A stretch of DNA of 64,000 nt from IMG/VR virus record IMGVR_UViG_3300024493_000235, positions 128,001 through 192,000 of that record. One strand, written 5' to 3'. Shown piece by piece: positions 57,893 to 64,000 of this stretch. The DNA comes from a virus. Taxonomy: Duplodnaviria > Caudoviricetes. Position numbers and translations under genes: made by a program. The notes below the pieces were generated by a model, which searched no databases, was not told the origin of the DNA, and saw nothing but the letters and a program-made list of their open reading frames with translations. Each line of letters begins with the position of its first letter. Position 1 is the first letter of the stretch.

Positions 57893-58618
57893 ATGATAAT
57901 TAAAGAAGTAAACGCGTCTGTTGATAATCGGGAAGAATTTGATGAAATTTTTACACAATTTATAAGTCCAGAATGGAATAACAAAGTTGATAGGGAAGCT
58001 GCTAGAGAACATACGTTCAATTTCTTGTTCATAAAACACGATACAATTGTTCGTAAAATGCTAGCAGCTTCTACTTCGACAGGAGAACTTATGGGGTGCA
58101 TGATATTTCATTACTACACAAAAATTGATTGTACCCTTATCGCTTTCGTAAATGTAGGACATTCCTTCCGATATCAAAACATAGCGTCAAGTCTTTTAAC
58201 AAAAAGTATCGAATTATGCGAAGAACTTGCAGAAACGTATTCGAATAAAAGAATACATTCGATATTTTCAATATGCCGCCGTCCTTCCATTGTAGAAAAA
58301 GGTCTTACGGACCTGCTTTCATTTTTTTCAAAAAGGCATTTCACACTTATCCGTTTAGAAACGTCAATTCCAAGATTGTATGCAAACACGAAAGAAGAGA
58401 CTGTGTTAGTCGTAAGACAATACACTCATCTTAATCTTTTGAATATACCAAAAGAATCGGTAAGTTCGTTTGTTGAATTATATCTTGTATACGAAGTTCC
58501 TGAACCTATGGAAATTGTAGAAGATATATACACAAACTTTGAAAATGAGATAGCGAAGAAAGATACAATTCCTGTCGGCGCTATTAAACTTGAAACTTGT
58601 TTAGGAGATATAAAATAA
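57893..58618 (+). CDS. GNAT-fold acetyltransferase-like protein (241 aa)
   Basis: IAFVNVGHSFRYQNIASSLL (motif A-like) and FFSKRHF (motif B-like). Confidence 0.65.
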   Translation: MIIKEVNASVDNREEFDEIFTQFISPEWNNKVDREAAREHTFNFLFIKHDTIVRKMLAASTSTGELMGCMIFHYYTKIDCTLIAFVNVGHSFRYQNIASSLLTKSIELCEELAETYSNKRIHSIFSICRRPSIVEKGLTDLLSFFSKRHFTLIRLETSIPRLYANTKEETVLVVRQYTHLNLLNIPKESVSSFVELYLVYEVPEPMEIVEDIYTNFENEIAKKDTIPVGAIKLETCLGDIK

Positions 58619-58800
58619 TGGAACACTGTTCTGAAGCTTATGAAGGGTTTGACGGAAGTCACCTTACAATGGAAGAAGGCACATTATCTGCCTTAGGGTT
58701 AAACCCCGATTCTGTGAATTCTCTTACGGAGAATATAACTCCTCATGTACGGAGGGAAAACAATGGCGGAGAACTCAAACAACAGTCCGCAAACAGATGA
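58618..58800 (+). CDS. Possible small protein (60 aa, MEHCSEAYEG...)
   Basis: TAATG coupling to the upstream gene and AGGAG RBS. Overlaps the next gene by 38 nt. Confidence 0.45.
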   Translation: MEHCSEAYEGFDGSHLTMEEGTLSALGLNPDSVNSLTENITPHVRRENNGGELKQQSANR

Positions 58801-59128
58801 TAAAAAATTTACTCAAGACAAATTTCTTTCTATTTTAAAAAAGATAGGTCTTGTCGTCCTCGGAATTCTCGGTGCAATTATCAGCGTTCTTTTAATGCAG
58901 AGCGTTAGCGATAAAAATAAAACAAAAGAGCAAGAAGCAAAAAAGAATCTTGACGATTCTGTTGCAAAGGCAAAAGACACAGCTAATACATTACAACAAA
59001 AAACTGGTAAAGCTAAAGAAGATGCTTCTTTAGCTATGAATACAGTTCAAACAAATACAGTAAATGATAGGCTGGATAGTCTTGAAGATGCTGGGATTAT
59101 TACAAGAAAGCAAAAGGATAAACCATGA
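58763..59128 (+). CDS. Inner-membrane-anchored coiled-coil protein, i-spanin-like (start MAENSN)
   Basis: GGAGGG RBS, KK followed by a TM helix, then a helical C-terminal domain. Confidence 0.65.
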   Translation: MAENSNNSPQTDDKKFTQDKFLSILKKIGLVVLGILGAIISVLLMQSVSDKNKTKEQEAKKNLDDSVAKAKDTANTLQQKTGKAKEDASLAMNTVQTNTVNDRLDSLEDAGIITRKQKDKP

Positions 59129-59637
59129 AAAATCTATGTTTAGTTTTTCTTATCTTTATTTCATCTTCTCTTTTTGCGCTTCCTCCTGTTGAAAAAGAAA
59201 TAGGAGATGAGATTGTCGTCTTTAAAGTTCCTGATGATTATGAAACGCTTGTAACGTATTACAAAGCGATAATAGAAGTATATGCCGCAAGTGAAAATCG
59301 CAATCTCTTATTGGAGGAGCACATCAAGATTCTATCTAAAGATATAGACGAAGTTGTCGATATCTCAGATCAAATGAAAGAAGATGTGTCTTCCATAGAA
59401 GACGCGGTAAAAATATACGAAAAGACGCGAAATATGTTTTTTACTTATTGGGGAGCTGTAGCAAGTTATGGTTTTGCATCTAACGGAGAGGGTTTCTATC
59501 AAAATATACAAGCAGGACCAGCATTTGCATTCGGAAGAAGCGGTTGGTTTGTACAATTAGCCCTTCCATTACAGGTGAGTTTTCCGGTGTTAAGCATAGG
59601 CGGCGCAATTCAAATTTCGGTGGTATTTCGCAAATAG
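59125..59637 (+). CDS. Secreted protein: signal peptide, coiled coil, C-terminal amphipathic beta strands (170 aa)
   Basis: MKNLCLVFLIFISSSLFA signal peptide, ATGA overlap with the previous gene, C-terminus ...GGAIQISVVFRK. Confidence 0.75.
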   Translation: MKNLCLVFLIFISSSLFALPPVEKEIGDEIVVFKVPDDYETLVTYYKAIIEVYAASENRNLLLEEHIKILSKDIDEVVDISDQMKEDVSSIEDAVKIYEKTRNMFFTYWGAVASYGFASNGEGFYQNIQAGPAFAFGRSGWFVQLALPLQVSFPVLSIGGAIQISVVFRK

Positions 59638-59721
59638 TCAATCTTTTTTTTAAGTATACATAATATACATACAATGAAATGGAGAAGTCAAAGACTATTG
59701 TGAAAAGACATAGGAGGGAAA

Positions 59722-60909
59722 ATGAACACAATTACAATCGGAATCGGAGCCGCAGGATCTGCCATTGCTGAAGTCGCAGTCCGTTTAGGATTTGGGCAAG
59801 CAATGGCTATGAATTCAAGTTCCGAAGATTTAGACGCCGTAAAATTAATCGATCCGGCAAGACGAATTAAACTGCGCACACTAGATGGCGCAGCGAAAAA
59901 CAGAAACTCAGCATTAGCTGCGTTCAAAACCGAATACCAAAACTTTTTGACCAATGTAAACAACGCCTTTAACGCTACAGGTACCATAGTAGTTCCTGAT
60001 CTTATTTTCGTTGTCGCCTCTGGTGGAGGCGGGACAGGCTCAGGTATTCTTCCTGTGGCCAGCAGAATATTGCGAAAAACATATCCTGACAGCTTTGTAA
60101 TTCCTGTCATTGTTCTTCCGTCCCTTTATGAGAGGGGAATTGCGCAGCAAAATGCGATTGACTGTCTGCGCGAACTCGGCCCGACACAGGATGAAAAGAA
60201 AGATCCTTCATGGAAGGATTTTACAATCATTCTGGCCGATAACACACGAGAACAAACCGACTTGTTGGAAAAGAAGTATGAACTTATAAATTCCAACATA
60301 GTTGGCAACATACAAAGACTCGTCTCAACCACAAAAACTTCCCGTATTTCAAATATGGATATTGCCGACAGAAAAGCTATGTTCTCAGACCCTGGAATCA
60401 TGGTAATAGGAAGCGCGACTGTAAAGAACGATGAGGAATCTCCGATACGCGCCGCGATAAAAAGAGCGATAGAAGCTACGGCAATGTCCGCAGATATAAC
60501 CGCCAGTGTAAAGCGCGTTGCAATTCAAGTTGAAGCCTCAACAAGCCTCTATACCGAGAAAAACATCGTCGACGCTCAAAGCATGTTTAAAAATGCCGCA
60601 GGTGTCTTCGAAGGCTATTACGGTTTGGATGAACCGGCAGTCGCTACAGAAGGAAAGACAGGCGACGGTAAAGTGCTTGTAGCATTCTCCGGCGCAAGAC
60701 TTCCTGAAAAGGTGATAAGGGAACGTGAAGCAATCATTGAAGATACATTCAAAGTTCCTACAGAAAGTGCCGTCGAAATTGCCAAAGGAAACAAAGATCT
60801 TAAATCGGCTTGGAGTTCTTCGACAAAATCGACTCCGGCAGCGGCGACAGAACCTGCCGCACAAAACTTTGACGATATCTTTGCGGGTATTGAAGGAGAA
60901 AGGACTTAA
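59722..60909 (+). CDS. phuZ: Tubulin/FtsZ-family GTPase (PhuZ/TubZ-like, 395 aa)
   Basis: IGIGAAGS, DGAAKN, signature GGGGTGSG, T7 loop NMDIAD, flexible tail ending NFDDIFAGI. TATACATAAT at 59655-59664. Confidence 0.9.
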   Translation: MNTITIGIGAAGSAIAEVAVRLGFGQAMAMNSSSEDLDAVKLIDPARRIKLRTLDGAAKNRNSALAAFKTEYQNFLTNVNNAFNATGTIVVPDLIFVVASGGGGTGSGILPVASRILRKTYPDSFVIPVIVLPSLYERGIAQQNAIDCLRELGPTQDEKKDPSWKDFTIILADNTREQTDLLEKKYELINSNIVGNIQRLVSTTKTSRISNMDIADRKAMFSDPGIMVIGSATVKNDEESPIRAAIKRAIEATAMSADITASVKRVAIQVEASTSLYTEKNIVDAQSMFKNAAGVFEGYYGLDEPAVATEGKTGDGKVLVAFSGARLPEKVIREREAIIEDTFKVPTESAVEIAKGNKDLKSAWSSSTKSTPAAATEPAAQNFDDIFAGIEGERT

Positions 60910-60918
60910 TAGAAATTC

Positions 60919-60960
60919 CTTAAGTGTGGGACGCAAAATCCCACACTTAAGTTTTTATTT
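60919..60960 (+). terminator. Terminator-like hairpin after the tubulin gene
   Basis: CTTAAGTGTGGGA-cgcaaaa-TCCCACACTTAAG plus T-tract. Confidence 0.8.
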
Positions 60961-61390
60961 ATCATTACGTCAATGGATACATTAGGGTCTAGTTTTATCA
61001 CGCTAGTGGTAAAGCGCCTCCTTTCAGCGTCCGTTTGCACCGATATACCACTCGGTGTACATATTAGAAATGCGCTATTAGCCATGGATGTATTTCTAGT
61101 AATGACGCAAAAAGACATGCGGATTGTATGTCGCTTCTATACATACGGTTCTTACTCGATCGTATAACGAATTCGATTTTCTGTCAAGCCGCAAACCGGA
61201 AATTCGTCTTCGTACCCATGATCTTAATGTATCCATTGATCTAATGATAAACATACAAAAGTTAATGGATTGACCAAAATGGTCGCGCTATTTGGTTAAG
61301 AATAGCTGTAGTAATTTTTGTGTGTTATCTTGGGTCCGCGTAAATCTTCCTTTACGTAAGCGCTATTACGGCGCTTACGTTTATTTTTTT
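60958..61390 (+). ncRNA. Candidate large structured non-coding RNA (~430 nt)
   Basis: 32-nt arms 60958-60989 and 61220-61251 pair at 31 of 32 positions, including 3 G-U. Many internal G-U-containing stems. A second 15-bp stem at 61250-61264/61312-61326. Terminator at 61354-61390. Confidence 0.7.
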
Positions 61391-61405
61391 AATCGGGGGG
61401 GGGTT

Positions 61406-62095
61406 ATGAAAAACGATAACCTACATGACTTGTCGACCTTCATGGACTGGTGGTCTGATAAGTGTGCGAAACCTTTCTCTATTCCGTTTCACATACAGCC
61501 TGATACTGTAAATCGTTTTATAGAGAAATATAAGTACGCAAATCTTGTATATGAAAGTTATACAGATGATGAGGATCACAGCACACCAAATTTTATGGCG
61601 CTTTTTTATTCTCCGTACTATCCTGTGTATACTTTACATCGAAAGTTTAAAATTCACACCATTCAGGATCATGAGGAATATGGCGGTAAATATACTGTGA
61701 CATTCAAGCATATCTTCTCAGAAGAGGAATTTCAGAAATGTAAATACTACAAAGAAGATACGCGTGAAAGAAAAAATCACATTGAAGTTGTGGAATATCC
61801 GCAAGAGAGACTTAAGGAAAAGGACAGCCTTTTGTCTATATCTCCGTATATTTTCGCATACGATTTCTTGAACTTAAAGGAACCTACAGATATAGCTTTA
61901 TCTTTACAGTTCTTGAAAAATCGGCATAACATATTGCAATCCTTACGTGTTTTATACATACAAAATGAAGAATCTTACACAGAAATTCTTAAAGCTTCTG
62001 GTTTTTCTATTGTCGATTGTGTACCGAATGTCGCATATCCTTTGTGTATGGACAACATTTGGGCTTATGATTTGGGTGCTTCAACATCTACATAA
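61406..62095 (+). CDS. Hypothetical protein (start reassigned to MKNDNL)
   Basis: ATG 61406 after a G9 tract. The upstream TTG extension in the ORF track runs through the RNA structure and terminator. Confidence 0.75.
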   Translation: MKNDNLHDLSTFMDWWSDKCAKPFSIPFHIQPDTVNRFIEKYKYANLVYESYTDDEDHSTPNFMALFYSPYYPVYTLHRKFKIHTIQDHEEYGGKYTVTFKHIFSEEEFQKCKYYKEDTRERKNHIEVVEYPQERLKEKDSLLSISPYIFAYDFLNLKEPTDIALSLQFLKNRHNILQSLRVLYIQNEESYTEILKASGFSIVDCVPNVAYPLCMDNIWAYDLGASTST

Positions 62096-62121
62096 ACGTA
62101 TCCTACAAGGAGGGTATAATC

Positions 62122-63624
62122 GTGGCTATGACACTTGAAGATTTTGAGGGTTTTTATTATATCGAAAACGATCCGGATGAAGTTACCGGCTTTTTAAAGG
62201 GCGGATCCATATCCCTTGATAAGGATATAAGTAACGATCTTACTAATGATAAAAAGATCACTTTCCGGGATGTACTTGAAAAGTTTTCCGTTCCAGTTCA
62301 TCTTACATGTACAGTTGCGAATGTCATTCACAATCTTTACATGGATAACTACGGGCTTGAAGGAACGTCAAATGATCTTTCTCTTTTAAATCCTGACACC
62401 ATAAACTCGTGGAAGAAAGCTTTTCAAATCGCTTACAGCATATACAGAATGCGCCGGTATTTAGGATGGACTGACGGAGCTAATAATCCTGCAGATTTAG
62501 CCTTACATATGGCGATGTCGGGATCAAATAAAACAGAAGATCCGAATGATCCTTTGAAGATGATCCCGAATACCATTTTTGAAGAATTCAAAATCCTTCG
62601 TGATGCACAGCGTTTAGATCTTTGGTATGTCAAAAACCTTGGAAGAGAAATAAGAACATACATTGTTCCTGGGACACAGCGTATTGCTAGAATGGAATTC
62701 TCATGTTATGACGATTCCGGCATTGGCGGAAGTTTCAGGAACTTTGTATTGTGGACAAACCCAGAAGTCTTCGTTACGACACAAGTGAACTCTCGTCCGT
62801 ATATTTACGTTTATTATACGGACGATCCTGATATTGAACGCCACGAACAAGAAGAAGTCGTTGCGGCAATGTTTAGAAGAATAGGACCGAGGTATGTAAA
62901 AGATCACAATGTATACATGGCGCCTGTATATTCAAGTGGAGAAATGCAGCCTTTCCATATCTTTACAAAAGGTATAAACTGGGAAGGACTCACTAATCCC
63001 TTGGATAATGCTAATATATTGCATGCTATAAAGCAGACAATATTGGAAAATGACAAAGACGCCCACAGAGGAGAAGACTTTCTTTCAGAAAAATATCCGA
63101 CAATATTTATCTCTTCAAGAAGGGCTATTTGGCCTTTGTATACAAACAAAAGTTTAAACGATTACATGGAAACAAATCCCGCAACTTCTATTAAGGAGTT
63201 ATTTCTTTCAAATCCTGTGAGTCTTGAAACAATACAAAAGGAAATAAACGATTCGTCTGTATTGCAAAACAGTGAAGCTCAATATCCATGGAAATACGAA
63301 ATATTCACTCTCGAACATAAATGGTTCCCGTTCATAGTTGGAGGCCCCGATGGCGGTCTTTCCGATAAAATCCCGAAATATCGTCCTTCAATAGACGGAA
63401 ATTTTAGGCATGATAATACCGAAGATGATTTTGCATTTAAGTTTCACACGTATTTAAAGAATACGATAAACTACATTTGCGGTGATACAAAAGTTATCGA
63501 TTCTGCCATCATGTCTGCGATGGGGTATGCTGAAACTTCAACTTACGTGTCGTTTAAATTACGAGGGGTTGAATGGGCGGTATACAAACGCGGAAACAGA
63601 ACTGAATTCGATTTAAAGGTGTAG
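62122..63624 (+). CDS. Putative virion protein (500 aa)
   Basis: AAGGAGG RBS, GTG start, AACA-N6-TA at 62083-62094. Confidence 0.8.
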   Translation: MAMTLEDFEGFYYIENDPDEVTGFLKGGSISLDKDISNDLTNDKKITFRDVLEKFSVPVHLTCTVANVIHNLYMDNYGLEGTSNDLSLLNPDTINSWKKAFQIAYSIYRMRRYLGWTDGANNPADLALHMAMSGSNKTEDPNDPLKMIPNTIFEEFKILRDAQRLDLWYVKNLGREIRTYIVPGTQRIARMEFSCYDDSGIGGSFRNFVLWTNPEVFVTTQVNSRPYIYVYYTDDPDIERHEQEEVVAAMFRRIGPRYVKDHNVYMAPVYSSGEMQPFHIFTKGINWEGLTNPLDNANILHAIKQTILENDKDAHRGEDFLSEKYPTIFISSRRAIWPLYTNKSLNDYMETNPATSIKELFLSNPVSLETIQKEINDSSVLQNSEAQYPWKYEIFTLEHKWFPFIVGGPDGGLSDKIPKYRPSIDGNFRHDNTEDDFAFKFHTYLKNTINYICGDTKVIDSAIMSAMGYAETSTYVSFKLRGVEWAVYKRGNRTEFDLKV

Positions 63625-63627
63625 CCC

Positions 63628-64000
63628 ATGATAGATAGATTGCATGTTGGCAAATATTACGAAGCAATCGGGGCTGGAAAATGGGCAGATTTTAAACAAG
63701 ACATAAAAGTTGTCGCCGTCACCACATTTCAAGAAGCTGAAAAGCTAGAATGGGATGTATATAAACCGTGGTTTGAAGATTATCAAATCGATGAAAGCAT
63801 GTATCAAAGACTGCTTTTAGAGAACGGTTTTGTTTATCATTGCAAAGCTCTTGATTCAAGGGATCCACAGGTTATGATAGACGGAAAGGGAGGAGATATA
63901 TATCTTTTCCCTATGATGGTGAATTATAATGAGACTACAGAGCTTATTACTTGTATGACATATAAATTTGAAATCTTTTCACGCCCTTATACCCAAGATG
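63628..64000 (+). CDS. Hypothetical protein, truncated at the window end (MIDRLHVGKYYEAIG...)
   Basis: ATG 3 nt after the previous stop, AAGGTG RBS, frame open to the window end. Confidence 0.75.
   Translation, partial: MIDRLHVGKYYEAIGAGKWADFKQDIKVVAVTTFQEAEKLEWDVYKPWFEDYQIDESMYQRLLLENGFVYHCKALDSRDPQVMIDGKGGDIYLFPMMVNYNETTELITCMTYKFEIFSRPYTQD

Larger units (their letters stand above)
1541..59664. promoter_or_regulatory. Dispersed early-type promoter motif TATA(T/C)AT(A/C)AT
   Basis: Plus strand: 1541, 8333, 12230, 22361, 23097, 23859, 26982, 31180, 31567, 36896, 59655. Minus strand: 52714-52705. Confidence 0.8.
1491..62094. promoter_or_regulatory. Dispersed late-type promoter motif AACA-N6-TA (16 exact copies found at transcription-unit starts)
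   Basis: Minus strand: 1491-1502, 7665-7676, 8302-8313, 11953-11964, 12176-12187, 22308-22319, 25157-25168, 31118-31129, plus an AACG variant at 5841-5852. Plus strand: 13064-13075, 25192-25203, 36163-36174, 39087-39098, 43423-43434, 52753-52764, 56139-56150, 62083-62094. Confidence 0.8.

Noticed and set aside
42129-59637. Host assignment to spirochaetes (signal-peptide style, PurC)
   Set aside because: Only an impression. It cannot be supported without homology searches or CRISPR spacer matches.
59722-60909. Cellular ftsZ, i.e. bacterial chromosome origin of the window
   Set aside because: The sequence is highly divergent from FtsZ, has no dcw cluster, and is surrounded by terminase, split RNAP and virion genes.
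60973-61167. 64-aa + strand ORF and 70-aa - strand ORF in the gap after the tubulin
   Set aside because: No RBS and atypical composition. Both lie within extensive RNA pairing that better explains the sequence.
60958-61251. Retron msr-msd or MITE as a firm call
   Set aside because: No reverse transcriptase or transposase in the window, no single long msd-like hairpin and no target-site duplication seen. The G-U bias favours a structured RNA. Kept only as an alternative hypothesis.
1-64000. Stop-codon reassignment (TAG or TGA recoding), prompted by the in-frame TAG at 52271
   Set aside because: Long genes are intact in code 11. TAG ends several genes directly before terminators or next starts (3402, 13011, 57443, 63624), and TGA does too (11076, 23787, 36887).
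1-64000. tRNA, rRNA or tmRNA genes
   Set aside because: No cloverleaf with a T-loop GTTCRA and acceptor stem, and no tmRNA ends, were recognised in the intergenic gaps. A tRNAscan-SE/ARAGORN run would settle this.

Overview
This AT-rich 64-kb window comes from a jumbo phage of the phiKZ/AR9(PBS1)-like supergroup and uses the standard genetic code. Recognisable genes: large terminase, a 2894-aa tape-measure/tail lysin with a C-terminal M15 peptidase, baseplate proteins, a tandem HEIGH metallopeptidase, two split RNA polymerase subunits (beta' N-half with NCDFDGD; beta C-terminal piece), trimeric dUTPase, class II RNR with a mini-intein, PurC, SbcC/Rad50, a PhuZ/TubZ-type tubulin, a possible lysis cassette and many virion or hypothetical proteins. 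Two promoter-like motif classes are visible. TATA(T/C)AT(A/C)AT precedes non-structural genes. AACA-N6-TA, matching the AR9 late consensus, precedes structural and nucleotide-metabolism genes. Most transcription units end in strong hairpin terminators. Best leads: (i) a ~430-nt highly structured non-coding RNA downstream of the tubulin, closed by a 32-bp stem with strand-specific G-U pairs; (ii) a prion-like Q/P/G/Y-rich 742-aa protein with a structured leader, at the position chimallin occupies in phiKZ-like phages; (iii) a second ~200-nt ncRNA bounded by its own promoter and terminator; (iv) perfect 43-bp in-frame direct repeats bracketing the tail-lysin catalytic domain; (v) a putative origin next to a Zn-ribbon protein. 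Two pseudogenes are also present. All protein calls come from reading motifs by eye, with no database search.
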